A DNA stretch of 64,000 nt from Octopus vulgaris (GCA_951406725.2 OX597819.1:107508001-107572000), one strand, 5' to 3'. Positions 1-14,915 are shown, numbered from the stretch's first letter. The notes: generated by a model from the sequence alone, not told the origin. Translations and numbers: made by a program.

Positions 1-249
1 CAGCGTAACCGTTAGGCATCGCCATATCACACGCACGCACACACACACACACAAACACACACATGCGCGCACACATACACAAATACATACGCACGAACAT
101 ACACAGAATCACACGCACGTGTGTGTGTATTAAGGAAAAAGAAAAAGAAGTAAAACGTTTATGATAAAATTTTATTTAAGGGATGTTATGTTTATGTAAT
201 CACGGAGTTTCACTGTTTTAATTGTATTAAGATTTTGAAATTAATGATG

Positions 250-900
250 TTATAAGTTTTGTGAAATGGAAGTGATATGACAATCGGTGCGTGTGCGATC
301 GGTCGGCTGATAGTTGCAGATGACACAGTGCTACTGGGTACATCAGTAGAAGGTGATCCCCAGCAAGCAATGAATCGTTTCTCTGATGAGGGCTGTGAAA
401 CAGGGATGGAAATAAGGGTTGCGAAGACTGAGATATTGATCCTTTTAAGAAAGACTCCCCATTGCATTTTCCATGTTAGTTGAATATTATGAGATAAATG
501 GAGCAGTCCAAATATTTCAGGGTCACATTCTCGAATGATGGTGAAGCTAGAGTATGAATTCGGTGCTAGAATTGCAGGAGTCGGCATTGCTGTGCGCGCT
601 TATTCGCGAGCCCCAGTATTCGATAATCACACGATGAGAGGTTGATGGAAAGAAACCACAATATGGTTTGCGTCCTTATCTTTTCTTTCCCCTATGGTTA
701 CAGCACCGGTACTACGAACGTGTGATTAGAATATTACAGAAAAGAATCGCATTACGAATTCTACAAGGCGAGAGACATAAGTGTAGACCAGAATGAAAAA
801 GATGGATAATTTTAGTCTCCGTTGAGCATGTCTGGGAATCCGGACGGAAAGCTGTATCTGACAGGATACAATAGACGAGGTGCCTGAGGATTCTATACAC
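250..900 (+). mobile_element. Decayed RTE-like non-LTR retrotransposon RT fragment
   Basis: ORF 277..483 reads LIVADDTVLL...GMEIRVAKTEILIL, resembling the ADD motif and the downstream (L/M)xIxxxKT motif of LINE RTs; broken frames follow. Confidence 0.45.
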
Positions 901-1324
901 ACTGGCCTCCCAGGAATTGTGCATTAACAAGATGAATGGATAATTTCATGGCTTCCTGACTGGCTCTTGTAGGCGATGTTATAATTTCACATTAGAAGTT
1001 GATGACGGCAGGGAAGATGATAAATGGCTGTAATTGAAATTAACTAAGGAATTAATTCATAGAATTTTGATTTTTGCTCGTTAATTGTAGAACTAACCGT
1101 GATTCTAATAAAAAGTAATTAATTAGATCTCAGTAAAATTAATAATCAATGTTTATTCGATGTGCAGGGCTGTCAGCATATGTAATCTATATATCTGCTG
1201 TTGTTAAGATGTTTTCTAGCTACATTAATAGGATGAAAATATTCTAAAATTTGGCTCGAGATTTCGATTTTATATAACTTTGTGATCATCGAGAAATATG
1301 ACTATCAATAGGGTAATAATAATA

Positions 1325-2362
1325 TTTTCTGTTATGCACTTAAGGCCTGGATTTTGGGGGAAGGATTAAGTCGGCTACATCTACTCCAGTGCTCAACTGG
1401 TACTTATTTCATCGAACCCGAAAGGATAGAAGCAAAGTCGATCTCGGTGGTATTTGAACTCAGAACAGAAAGACGGACAGAATATTTATTTCTTTACTGA
1501 CCACAAGGGGCTAAACACAGAGAGGACAAACAAGGACAGATAAAACGGATTAAGTCGATTATATCGACTCCAGTGCGTAACTGGTACTCATTTAGTCGAC
1601 CCCGAAAGGATAAAAGGCAAAGTCGACCTCGGCGGAATTAGAACTCGGAACGTAGCCGCAGACGAAATACCTATGTTTTTACTACCCACAAGGGACTAAA
1701 CACAGAGGGGACAAGCAAGGACAGACAAATGGAGTAAGCGATTACATCGACCCCAGTGCATAACTGGTACTTAATTTATCGACCCCTAAAGGATGAAAGG
1801 CAAAGTCGACCTCGGAGGAATTTGAACGTAACAGCAATGGAATACTGCTAAGCATTTTGCCCGGCGTGCTGACGTTTCCGCCAGCTCGCCGCCTTTTAAA
1901 AATAGTTCATGAAATGCAAGCTGACTATTTAGCTCTCCTCTCTATCATGATAAGCGATATGGGTAGTAATCCTTTCTATTATAGGCGCAAGGCCTGAAAT
2001 TTGGTGAGAGGGGTTAGTTGATTACATCGATCCCAGTGCTTGACTGGTACTTATTTCATCGACCACGAAAGGATGAAAGTAAAGCTGACCACGGCGGAAT
2101 TTGAACTCAGAACTTGAATTTGAACTAAGTATTTGGCCCAGCGAGTCTAGGGTAATAATAATAACGATACTTTGAAGTTCTGGCAGCACAGGCCAACAAT
2201 TTCGGGAAGATGTTAAGTCTGTCACATCGACCCCAGTACTCAACTGATACTTATTTTATCAACCCGAAGAGGATGAACCGCAAAGTCCACCACATCGAAT
2301 TTTGAAATCAGAATGTAATGTCAGACTAAATGGCGCTAACGATTCTACCATCTCGCTGCCTT
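1325..2362 (-). mobile_element. Cluster of tRNA-headed SINE copies (Meta-SINE-like core), including a copy with a tandemly repeated 3' part
   Basis: Repeated minus-strand unit GGCGGCGAGCTGGCGG (A box) ... GAGTTCAAATTCC (B box) ... GAGGTCGACTTTGCCTTTCATCCTTTCGGGGTCGATAAA-AAGTACCAG; about 5 copies of the core. Confidence 0.75.
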
Positions 2363-2804
2363 TTTTTTGAAAGAGAATTAATTCACATCCAATATTTCAT
2401 TTATTTCCATTTATTTATTTATTTGTTTATTTATTTAATTTTGTTATCAGTGATATAATATATGAATACTATTTCATGTTTTTTATTTTGTATGTTTACT
2501 CTTACAGTTTGAAAGGAATTTTGTTATCATTTCTTCCATTTATTAACAATTCTAATTTTAAAATATTTCTATTTTTATCATAATCAAAATATCATGTTAC
2601 ATACATGCATGTGTGTGTGTGTTTGTGTATGTGCGTGCGCTTGTGTGTGTACATGTTAGTGTGTGGGTGTCTCTTTTATAAGTGTTCACTTTTATTCATA
2701 TTCAGCTTTATATCGAAATGTTAGTAGATGTTCGTGCATCTGTATACCAAAATATACTTTTGTAGACATCTTTGCACATTCATGCGTAAATATGAATGTG
2801 TGTG

Positions 2805-2843
<39 letters not shown>

Positions 2844-3030
2844 CTTTACAATTTCAAAAATTTGAGAAGGAAGCGGAAAATAAGGTAACTCGCGAAACTT
2901 AATTAGAAAACGTAGGCAACAGAGTTTTATTAGAAACATCAGAACACTTTCACACAGGCTGCACGCAACCAACATACATCGAGACGTTAAATTGTGGTAC
3001 AGGCAATTTATGAACACTCTGTATACATAC

Positions 3031-3095
<65 letters not shown>

Positions 3096-3179
3096 TGTGT
3101 GTGTGTGTGTGTAAGAAGTGAAGATTACCAACTTTTTAATGATAAATAATTATTATCTTAACTCTCCATTTTATTTCCT

Positions 3180-4400
3180 TCATTTAAATGAACATGAAGT
3201 TTATACATATATGGTGGTTGTCTACTCCGTATACAGAGTTTGACCACCTCCTCTACTTACACCTTAGCACCATCATGGCTTCTGACGTGGCTTGGCTTGT
3301 TGAACCAGACAATCTTCTGAAAGGGCACCCACGTAGATTGCACCTCTGTTTAGGACTACCAAGATCTATAGATAAGTTCTGCTCTTTGTGGATCAAACAT
3401 GTCTTTTGAGGCCTCTGTTGGATTTGCAAACCTTCTGGCAGACTCTGCATTCAAAGGTGTGCACAGATATATTGGCAGAATAGTTGGTGGACGTTTGTTT
3501 TCCATGCGTTAACAGATGAGATTTGAGGCCAGCAAAAGACAGGCGCATGGTCTTTCACAGAGTGCACACAAAAAGGTCATTGTTTTTCACCTTCTCGATC
3601 GTTACATTCTTCCTTAGATCTATTTTGAGTCTTACTTGCGTTATCCTGGCCTCTTCAAATGATTTTACTCCATTCCACACCTTTGTTCGCCATCCAATTC
3701 GATCCGAAGCAAGGGTTTCTATATCTTCTGGAACCATTCCAAAAGAATTTATAGTAGTCCTTATGCCGTCCTTAAACCTTTTGTTAAGTTTACACTGATG
3801 GCGTTTCCACTCTGCAAGCTCACCATAAAACAGCTCTTTCCTCATGTGTTCATCTGCCATTCGAACAGTATGGGCACACCATCTCAATTGGTTACTCAAA
3901 ATCATAGCTTTAATTGAGGTGATGTCTGCAGATGCATGGGCATCTGCGTTTGGAGTAAAAGAACTCCATTTAATGTTTTAAATGTGATGAAGGCATTTTT
4001 GGTGGAATTGTCCTAACAGTTCAAAATGTCTTTCATAACAAGTCCAAATCTCACAGGAATACAACAGGGATAGTAAGATAAATTATTTGGAAAGAGCCAG
4101 TTTTGTATTCTTATTTATATGTCACTAGCACCAAACACGTGACTCCAAGCCACCAAATGCTTCTGCTGCCCTTTGGATTTGCAGCTGTATTTCTGTATCA
4201 AGATTTCCATCATTTTGAACAGTGCTTCCAAGGTAGACAAACGAATCGACAACCTCAAGTAATTTTCAGTAAACAAAAAATTTAAGAGGGTTACAAACGG
4301 TACCACACGCAGGTTGATGCATTACAACTGTGTTTTTCAAGTTGATGGTCAAGCCAAATTCATCACAAGCTGAGTCAAATGCAGATACAATAACATTTAT
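3180..4400 (-). mobile_element. RTE/BovB-like LINE 3' fragment
   Basis: ORF 3555..3905 QLRWCAHTVRMADEHMRKELFYGEL...KRFKD...ETLASDRIGWR is the typical RTE C-terminal region; broken RT frames upstream. Confidence 0.75.
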
Positions 4401-4559
4401 TTAGTTGTGAATAGGCTGAATAACAATAACACGCACACACACACATATATATATATATATAATATATATATAATTATATAAATAATATATAAATATATGC
4501 ATATATACATACATATATGTACATACCTACATATATCTGTATATATACATGCATGTATG

Positions 4560-4940
4560 GGTACAGGACATCAAAAGAACATGAAATACAATGAGAAACG
4601 AAAACATAAAAACAAAAACATAGACGCGAACTTTTTTTCAAACAACGAAAAAAAACAGAGTACAAGGTACACAACACAAGGAATATTCCCCTTCTTCAGT
4701 TGTCCCTGTTTCATCTACTCCGCGTGACGAAGATATGGACAAGACGCGACTTCGTTGAAACAGTCCTTCCCGCAAAGCAAATTAAATAAAGTTTGGGAAT
4801 TTTTGCGGAGGGTAAAAGTGGTAACAAGAACAGGAGAGTAAGAATAAAACAGTAAAAACAATAAAAAAGTAAAAACAGTAAAAGACAGAAAAATGAGAAC
4901 AAAACAGTAAAAACAAACGATGAGGGCTGTTAAGCCAAGA
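4560..4940 (-). repeat. Interspersed repeat related to 55030-55400, possibly Penelope-derived
   Basis: Shares AAAGCAAATTAAATAAA.TTTGGGA(A)TTTTGCGGAGGGT and CCCTTC.TCAGTT blocks with the 55 kb copy. Confidence 0.5.
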
Positions 4941-6210
4941 TGATGGAAAAACTTATTGTGAACGGTCTTCCTTCAGTTTCCGTCCACGAAATCCTGGGGC
5001 TGTAGTAGAAGACAGTTGAAAACTACCACACAGTGGGGTTAAACCGAGAGTCATGTCGTTGGCTTGCAAGTCTCTTTCTGCTCAGTCACACCTTCAAATA
5101 CATATAGGCATTGTATCTTCTCTTTATTACTCTTATTATTTCACTATAATAACATATGATATTTATTCACTATTTTGTTATTTAGTACCATCTGGGATTA
5201 GTGAGAATTCTATTTTATGACTTGCTGTCATTTTTAATAATGATCTGCTGGTGAGGTGGCCTAACGGTTAGCATGCTGGGCAAAATGCAAAGCGCTATTT
5301 TGTCTGTCTTTACATTCTAAGTTCAAATTCCGCCGAAGTTGTCTGTTCCTTTCATCATTTCGTCGGGATCAATAAAATAAGTAACCGTTGAGCGATGTGA
5401 TTGATTTACTTCCTACTCCAAAGTTTCTGTCCTTTTGCCAAATATTGAAACGCATAATTATGTGCTTGCGTATATTCATTATTGTTATTGAAACAGTGTA
5501 CAAGTTTTAAAATAATATTTTGTTCTTCCTATGACTGACGACAGATATAAATACATGGACAGATAGATATACACATAAAAAGGGGAAGGAAGACAAATAT
5601 AGAAAAAGAAACCGACAGACACGCAAAGAGGCAAATCACAAGAAGTTTTTCGCATTTCATATGTCAGGACGATTGTCAATTTTTAGGTTCCCCGCAGGAG
5701 GTCAATGTTTTGAAACGCCTGGAAGCCAAATTATATAATTTCTTTGAATTTAGTTATAACGTCTTTATTTATAACTCATTTTGATTCTATTTGCTGCATT
5801 TTGCAGAAGAAAAGACAATTTTATTCATGTATTATAATGCTATTTTATAAATAGCAGAATGGCAATATAGTTTAATTTTAAAAATAATCACAGGTTCTCA
5901 AAAATACGAATTTCCTTTCGCTGAATATTAGATTTCTGCATCTTCGTGTTATTTATTCTATTAATAGAAATTCTCATAATCTTATTTTTCACGTGTAAAA
6001 TAACAGTTAAATTAAAACTATCTCGGCCACAAATTTGTTACCTTGATGTTTGCAAAATGTCTGCTAAAATTTATGCATCAGATGAAATTGTTGAACGCTT
6101 TTTAAATTCCAAGGAATAAGATGGAAGCAAGTGTTCGAATTTTGAAGAAGTTGCTCTTTTCAGCTAAATACCAGCAACGGTAAACAACCTTCTCCCTGAT
6201 AATGGATAGT

Positions 6211-6288
<78 letters not shown>

Positions 6289-6356
6289 CATAGATAGATA
6301 CATACAAACATACATACATACATACACAGATAAATAGATACATACATACACAGATA
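6211..6356. repeat. (GATA)n/(CATA)n microsatellite at the 3' flank of a Tx1 copy
   Basis: Direct inspection. Confidence 0.95.
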
Positions 6357-7345
6357 AGTTTCTTTATTGGCCACACAGGGCTGCACACAGATGGGACAAG
6401 TTACAAGGTAGAGCTTTTCTTTTGGGGGATGAAAAAAACAAAAAACAAAAGAAACAAAAAAAGGGTGGCGTAGGTTTTCGATCAAGAGGGATCGTAAAAG
6501 GGAAGAAAAGAACAAAAAAAATAAAATTAAAAATTAAAAAAATTAAAATAAAAAAAAGAAGAAAAGGAAAAGGAACAAAAGAAAAGAGAAATGAAAAAAG
6601 AAGAAAAAAGGGGAAGAGGAAAAAAACGATCAATAGGGATCGTGTATCACAGTATTATGATATATGGTGTAAAGGGGGAAGCAAGTAAGGTTTATCCGTG
6701 GGAAGAAAAGCCTACGAAAAGGACCACGGTAACCTTGGTCAATATTGTTATATGTTACCACATTTGTTTGCAAGTGGGTAACCCTCTGTTTTCAAGTTCT
6801 GGGTTCATAGGATTATGCTCAAGGTGGCTTCGTCATTCATACGTGCCATCCTTGCTACATTCACCCATCTGTTTTTTATAACATTCGCTAGACAAAACTT
6901 GCCTCTCTACTCTCACTTTCCTTTTCAAGTGGTACTTGAAGAAGTTGATGAGAGATTGACCAGAGAGGAAAGTGTTTGTCTCCAATCCTTTCAGACGCGT
7001 CCACCAGATACATTCTTTCGCCATAGCCACAAGGATGATGAAAATAGCTCTTCCTTCCCGTTTGAAGGAAGGAGGCGTGACAATATTGACGATAGACTCA
7101 GCTGATAAACCGACTCGTCCCACACGTGACAGCAGTTGTTCGACATAAGCCCACAGGTCGGAAATTGTTGGACACTGCACGAGTGCGTGCAGAACGGTTT
7201 CGTCGCTCTGACCGCATCTCGGGCAGGTCGGTCCCGTGTTTCACGAGCCGTGTCTGTAGAGCTTATCTCGAACGGGTAGCGCTTCTCGGTAGCACTGCCA
7301 GGCCAGGGATCTCTGGAAGTTGTCCATGGGCCCTGGCCCGAAAGT
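6357..7345 (-). mobile_element. 5'-truncated copy of the Tx1-type LINE (ORF2 C-terminus plus 3' UTR)
   Basis: Closely matches 30294-31206 (LWAYVEQLLSRVG...KECIWWTRLKGLETNTFLSGQSLINFFKYHLKRKVRVERQ); ends AATAAAGAAAC followed by TATC repeats. Confidence 0.92.
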
Positions 7346-7374
7346 AGGCATGTAGGCAGGTACGTAGGTAAATA

Positions 7375-7393
7375 GAGAGACAGACAGACAGAC

Positions 7394-7492
<99 letters not shown>

Positions 7493-7501
7493 CAGACAGA
7501 C
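7375..7501. repeat. (GACA)n(GATA)n microsatellite at the 5' flank of the Tx1 copy
   Basis: Direct inspection. Confidence 0.95.
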
Positions 7502-8460
7502 ATGCATATATATTACATGGGAAAATGCAAACATGAAAAGTAATATTCTTAAGATTATAAACCTGGAAAAGTATAGGACAAGTTATTACACCTGTAAAAG
7601 TATAGAACAAGCTATTACTTCTAGGAAAGTAAAGGATGAACTAGCTTGACTAAACAATTAGCTAAATCAAAGGAAAGCAACTAAAAACGAAAAGCAAAAA
7701 AAAAAAAAAAGGAGAAAGCAAGTTAATTCAAGCTGAAAGAGGAAATGAATAATAAAAGTTAAACTTACCCTAATTCAACAGCATATTAAAAATAACTTTA
7801 TTAAATACGTAATTAGAATTAATAAAATCTACGAAAGGTAAAGTTAACGGCGGTGGAATTTTAACTCAGAACGGAAAAGACAGATTAAATACCGTTCAGC
7901 AGTTCCCCTGGCGAGTTAACGTTTCTGCCAATTCAAAGAGTTAGAACGTAAAAATTCATTTTCTGAATATATTCTTATCTCATTATTATTTCTTGGGGCG
8001 TTACTTCTTACTTCCTCACATACTGACAATAAATTTCATGACATTTTACCTCATAACTTTTTCTCTACTAATTTCTGTTCAATGCAAAAATTCTGAATTC
8101 CTCTTGCATTTTTCTATCATTTAAGCCTAAGATAAGCATACTTTTATTTAAAACTTATAAAAAATTATGTTAATTAAAGATGAATAGGTGCTTTACTGCT
8201 GCACCTTGAGGCCGCAGATATTTTGATGTAACTTTTTTTCTATTGAACAAAATCTCAAACTATTTATGCCAAAATGTATCTGAGGAAGTGTCTTCTTTAA
8301 AAGTGTTAACACTCATCAATTTAGTTGCAAACTGAATTAGTGGTGAAACCTGGAATCTGCTGCGATTGACGAAATGGTTAACTTAAGAATATATTCAACC
8401 ACTACCGTGATTGAATGATATTCTGATATCTTATGTATTATACATACTTTGATATATATA

Positions 8461-8808
<348 letters not shown>

Positions 8809-8844
8809 ACGTGTATATATATGTATATGTATATGTATATGTGT

Positions 8845-9152
8845 GGAGGCGCAATGGCCCAGCGGTTAGGGCAGCGGACTCGCGGTCGTAGGATCGCGGT
8901 TTCGATTCCCAGACCGGGCGTTATGAGTGTTTATTGAGGGAAAACACCTGAAAAGCTCCACGAGGCTCCGGCAGGGGTTGGTGATCCCTGCTGTACTCTT
9001 TCACCACTCTTTCTCCCACTCTTTCTTCTGTTGGCCTGCTCGTTTAGCCAGCGGGGTGACGTCATTCGAAGGCTAAAAAACAATGCGAACGCATTGTGAC
9101 CAGCGATGTGTAACTACATCTGATGGACTGGTCGGTCACGTGATCACGTGAT
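8845..9152 (+). mobile_element. tRNA-headed SINE
   Basis: A box TGGCCCAGCGG, B box GTTTCGATTCC, non-tRNA body ending in (TCACGTGA)2; inserted in TA-rich microsatellite. Confidence 0.75.
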
Positions 9153-9161
9153 ATGTATATG

Positions 9162-9192
<31 letters not shown>

Positions 9193-9341
9193 GCATGTAG
9201 GGAAGTGTGTGTATGTATGTATGTATATATGTATGTATTTATGCTTACGCTGGTATTATAATACGTTTCTTCTCGCACTATATATATATATATATATAGC
9301 ATATATGTATATATAGATTTAATTACCTGTACATATGTATA

Positions 9342-9387
<46 letters not shown>

Positions 9388-9960
9388 CATATGCGCATTT
9401 GTGTGTGTGTGTTTGTGATTTTCGAGTTTTCATATAATGAAAGATATGTAATTTTTTTGTTCCTTTCACAGATGTTCAATTTTCTTGAAACTGCCAACTT
9501 ACTTTCACTTTTCGCCGATTTTTTGAGATGCCACTGTGAAGTAACATTATAAAATGGAATTATTTCGAATGCTTTGTTATACATACTATTGTTCTCTTCT
9601 AGATTATCCGTATGTTTGAAATTTTTGTTTTGATTTTTGTGGAGTTTTATTTTAGTTTTTTTTTCACTCTTTTGAATTTTGTCAGTGATTATTTCATTAA
9701 AACGAAGTATTTGTCGTGCTGTTTTCTTAGTTACAAAAGTTTGAAAATGTCCATATCTTGATTGATAAGAACCGACAACAATAAGCTTCTTAAATGCACC
9801 CAAGTAAAGAAATAAGAAATGTCCGTGTAACAAAAGGAAACCTTCCCTTGGAGAGAAAGGTAGGCAAGGAACAAAAATTTCGGTCTTGACAAAAATTTAT
9901 TTGATGAAATGGTTTCATCTTCGCAAATTTGAAACTGAAGTTGTGAACTGAATTACCGAT

Positions 9961-10191
9961 ACAGTTCTATATTTAAGAGATGCACATTATGTACATTATT
10001 TACATTATTTACAATTCACGGGCATATGGCGTAGTGGTTAAGCGCCTGGGCTACTAACCCCAAGATTCCGAGTTCGATTCTAGGCTGTGATATGAATATT
10101 AATAATAATAATAATAATAATAACATCGAAAAATACCTTAGGAATGAGAACCCAGGTTCGAAATTTCCCCCAAGACACCTGATGAAGGCTG
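9961..10191 (+). mobile_element. tRNA-headed SINE with (AAT)n linker and 5' half of a hammerhead; inverted 3' terminus upstream of the head
   Basis: Head GGGCATATGGCGTAGTGG...GAGTTCGATTC (10021-10081); ACAC-CTGATGA-AGGCTG at 10175-10191; 9961-10010 matches the terminus of the 17427 copy. Confidence 0.7.
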
Positions 10192-12068
10192 TTGTTTGCG
10201 CATTGTTTTCATTTACTTCTGATTCATAAATGGCGACGATTTCTTTTAAAATGTTATGTTAATGAATAAAATTCAGCTTTTTGCGCATAGCCTTTAGGGA
10301 TCAGATTTTCATCATCTGATTTTCTACAAGTGTTAATGTCTTATATAAAAAGATCGAATCGTTTAACCGCAATCACGCATAGTTTAGTTTAGAAGGATCC
10401 CGCATAGAGAGAAACGGAATTTGAATGTTAGTATTTTACAGATGTGCTTAAACAAGATTATCAAAGTTATGTGATGTGTTTTGGATACGAACATTGGGAC
10501 ACAGCAAGCATTCTACCTCAAAATGTAAGTCCTGTAGGACCCATAAAAAGATTGAATTCCTTAACTGAAAGTCGAGCCAGATTAATATGTTACTAGAAAA
10601 CACCAACTCTTGGTGGGTATGTGACAAATTTTAAAACAAGATGTCATTTGATATTTTATTCGATAGCTTATTTCATCTCTAGACTTGTTTGCTTTCGAAC
10701 AAATGAAAAAGGACACAACCAAGAATAATTTACAAAAATCTTGCCATCTGGAATTGTCTGAGATTAAAAAGGTGCGAAAAGAACGTGCTTACTGGGACTG
10801 GGTAAGAATTACATTTACATTGTAATGCTCAGAAAATACAAGACAAAAACAAATGTAGAAAAGCAGTGTAAATGAAAAATAGACGATTCGACAATTCAAT
10901 TTTAATGAGAATTTCACTGTCTACTCTGTCCATCTCCTGTGGCTGTGATATTAATTTAGACATGTCTGTAGAGAAAACTAAAGTAAGAAAAGGAAAAAAA
11001 ATGGAACATAATTATCTTATGTCGCTTTGACGTGTGACTGGTTAAATATTTTATTTGAAAAGAGAACATATTCAGCTGCTTTCTGCGTAGCAGCTTTGGG
11101 AGGATAACGTTGAAAATTTAACTCTTTCAAAGAGAACTACTGAAAGAGTTGAAGCAGAATGAAGGGAGAGTAGAGTAAATGATATTTAGGACAATTGTGA
11201 TGCTTCATCATTCTCATTTTGATTGGGAATGAAAGATCATATATGATTCATAAGAAAAGCCAAAAATGAAAGAATGTCTGTGATTGTCTCAAATATAGGT
11301 TATAGTAAATTCATGGCTGTACCTGTCAGGAAATTTTGAATTTAAGAATTTATCATGTGGTGAATACTTGTCTCTTCCAGTAGTTGCAACAAGAGCTTTG
11401 CAGACGAAGGCAACAATCTAAGAATGTTTCATTGAAGAAAGTGTTATGAGTTTAGTGTTTGACATCTAAAACTCAAATTATGGTGGTTATTGCTTCTCAA
11501 CTTATTTAATCCAAAACATTACATGTAACTTTGATAATCTTGTTTCAGTACATTTATAAAATACTAATATTCAAATTCTGTTAGTCTGTAAGTGGGATCC
11601 TCCCGCATAGAATAAATTATGCGTTGTCGCATTTGAGTATTTTGGTCTATAGATATTTGGCATTAAAATTTTGTACATAAAAAATAAAAGGATTCCCTAG
11701 AACATACGCCCTAAAAGAATTTTTTTTATCAATATAACAATACTGTAAAAGTGCCTATAAAATTCATTCAGTAGTTTTCGTTTAAAATGGAAAGCATTAA
11801 CAAAATTAAAAGGCATAAAGGCACATGCACACGTGCGCGCACACACACACGTGTGTGTGTGTGTTTGTGATATCACTTGGAAGTGCGTTATTCGTTCATG
11901 TCTCAGTGCCTTTTAAGATGTATAGTTATTTTATTGGACATTGTTTTACATTACCGCTAAATTATAGGAAAGTAAACAAAACTACACCGAATGTCAATTG
12001 GTGAGATACATACACACTATACACACACAAACATACACCCACACAGATAGAGATAGATTGATTTATTA

Positions 12069-12069
<1 letters not shown>

Positions 12070-12120
<51 letters not shown>

Positions 12121-12151
12121 ACAAAAAGACAGACAGACAGACAGACAGACG

Positions 12152-12190
<39 letters not shown>

Positions 12191-12453
12191 GGACGGACGG
12201 ACGGACGGACGGACGGACGGACGGACGGACGGACGGACGGACGGATGGACGGACAGACGGACAGACGGACGGACGGACAGACGGACAGACGGACAGACGG
12301 ACAGACGGACGGACGGACGGACGGACGACGGACGGACAGACGGACGGACAGACAGACAGACGGACGGACGGACGGACAGACGGACGGACGGACAGACAGA
12401 TAGATAGATAGACAGATAGATAGACAGATAGATAGACAGACAGATAGATAGAC

Positions 12454-12523
<70 letters not shown>

Positions 12524-12537
12524 GCAGATAGACAGAC

Positions 12538-12617
<80 letters not shown>
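12070..12617. repeat. Composite tetranucleotide array GATA/GACA/GACG
   Basis: Direct inspection. Confidence 0.95.
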
Positions 12618-12619
<2 letters not shown>

Positions 12620-12896
12620 GGTCCTGGTAGGGTATAAATGTAGGATATTTCCAGAGAAGCACTCAATCCACGTTCTGAGCTAGGAACACTGTCGGGTTCC
12701 AGATCAATACCAAAATGCTTCCAAGTGTAGAAAATCATGGATTCACGAGAGGCAACACCGTTGAGTGGGTTTGGCGAGGAGTAAACTATAATCCAAATAC
12801 TAAGATAAAGGAATTCATTTACACATCTTTAATGATTCATTACAGTTGTTTGTGCCCCAGGTCTGCTTACAATGGCGACAATTTTCCCATCGCACC

Positions 12897-12968
<72 letters not shown>

Positions 12969-13108
12969 GAATTATTTATTCACCAATGCGGTGTTGAGCA
13001 CTCATTCTATCGTTCTACATCTGTGTGTGTATGTGTATATATATATATATATATACGCATACATCCTTACACACACGAACGTGAGCGTGCACACACATAT
13101 ATGTGTGT

Positions 13109-13158
<50 letters not shown>

Positions 13159-13399
13159 AGAAGAGAAAGAAAATGAGCGTCTGTGCACATTCACTACTAA
13201 CTCTTATTTCACAGGATTTTCCAACTTGTTTAAGAAATTGGTTTTAAGAATGTTTTGTGAAATGTTTCGAAGATTTTTTGATTATTCTAAAATTTCTTGA
13301 TATGATTATGTTTTGAAAGACTTTTAAAACAAAGATCTTCCACTGGCGTAGCATTCAAAGTGGTGATAGTCTTTTCCTGAATGACAAGTAGGCCAAACT

Positions 13400-13760
13400 T
13401 GAGGACACCGCTCCATGTAGGAAAACTGAGGACAGAAGAGCAGAATTTGCATCCCTACTAATACTAACTGTTAGAAAGACTGCTACATTTTGCTCCATGA
13501 ATTTAACAACACGTTTTCTGGAGACGGCCATGAAGTCACAAGCAGATGTATAGCATAATCTCCGACATATATACATATATATGGAAAGACAGTACAGCAA
13601 TATCGAAGTCATAGTTAAGACTGAGACCTTCGCATTTAAATCTTCTGTGGTCACACGCCGCACTCAGGACTTCGCTCTCTTCTCTATTTATTTGAGAAGA
13701 CAGAGGGTAAATGTCACAATACTCGGGATCCCAACAGAGCTAGACCTTTGATAGAAATTG
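13400..13760 (+). pseudogene. Decayed Tx1-type ORF1 fragment
   Basis: RQYSNIEVIVKTETFAFKSSVVTRRTQDFALFSIYLRRQRVNVTILGIPTELD aligns by eye with SKFATVQVRFHTEELAKRFSTLTLRTDQVTMVPSYLGRRITKVTINNVPPIVD of ORF 34642..35586. Confidence 0.55.
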
Positions 13761-14259
13761 GCATGACTAGAGTTGGGAAAAAGGGAATTTCTGCTGGATG
13801 TGAAGAGAACAAAGAAGGAAAACTGGTTTATGTCCAACCTGGCGGTCTTTCTGCAGATAACGACTGATCCGTCTCTCAGCAGAACTGGGTAAAACTACAA
13901 ATACATGTGCAAAACAGATGATCTAAATGCCACGTACGTATGAAATTGACCATATAAGAGCTTTCTACCAATACAACTAAAACATCAGGAGAGGAGAATT
14001 GAATATACCACAGCTTATAATACTATTGTAACAACAGCAAAATCAGCGTGCAGCAACAAAAGTAGTAGCAACAAGAAAAAAGAAGCAACAATAACATATG
14101 AACCAACAGCATCGATAATAATGCGACAACAGCAATAAAAACCTATACCTTCAACCGCAGCAGAAACTGTGGAAGCGGAAACTGCATCAGCACAAAGAAC
14201 ATCAATACCAAAATTCTTCAGCCCTAGCGCCCGACTGAGATGGCGGGAAATAGTGATTA

Positions 14260-14830
14260 TAAATTAATCAATATCGAGTGGATGTTCCAACTTAGCACTC
14301 TATGTTGCTTTGTTTTGCTGCCATTTTGTTTCACTTCTCGGTTCTAAATATATCTCTACAATTTTCTCGTCTCTTTCTTGTTGATGATACGTTCACTGTA
14401 ACATCTTCATTTAGTTCCCGTAGAATCTATTTTGATGGGTTTCAAATAATTTGTTTTGCCTAACCTGTTCAATTTTGTTATCGTATCTCTTGATCTGGGT
14501 AGCTTTGACCTCTATCTCTTATTTTTTCCATCACCTTCATAAATCTTTTTACGATTCAGGATTTTTTTGTTAAATTTACTTTTATCTTACTCATGTTGGT
14601 AAAAGTATCTACCTTCATAACGTCTATTCGTAACAGATCAACACGTATCTGCAATCTCCATTTCCACCAGTGTCTCTTTCTCTCTTCTGGGATTGTGATA
14701 CCTTCACTTCAAGTCCTTCTGTTATTATCCTGCAGCAGCATACATTAAGTTGTTGGCTATGATGATATTACTTCCTGTCCTAGACTTGCTTAACTATCTC
14801 AACCTCTTTCCTTATGTTCTTCCTTTTTAT
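14260..14830 (-). mobile_element. Decayed R4/Dong-like LINE N-terminal fragment
   Basis: Minus-strand peptides NNLMYAAA and WWKWRLQIRVDLLRID resemble the pre-RT region of R4/Dong elements. Confidence 0.45.
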
Positions 14831-14850
14831 CTTTTCTGTTGGTGATAATC

Positions 14851-14851
<1 letters not shown>

Positions 14852-14915
<64 letters not shown>

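Noticed and set aside
1340-1900. Regular repeats suggesting a CRISPR-like array
   Set aside because: Units are ~190-bp SINE segments without unique spacers, in eukaryotic DNA
9345-9833. 162-aa Lys-rich minus-strand ORF
   Set aside because: AT-rich, ends in a TA repeat and shows no recognisable motif
10021-10092. Possible tRNA gene; similar heads at 8845 and 54596
   Set aside because: Acceptor stem does not close and each continues into a repeat body, so these are SINE heads
10330-11700. Possible decayed DNA transposase with recurring CGCATAG motifs
   Set aside because: No recognisable catalytic motif or TIR pair by eye
11962-12738. Long ORFs of YLSI/IYIY/CVCV/THTH type here and throughout the window
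   Set aside because: Stop-free translations of microsatellites; no coding signal
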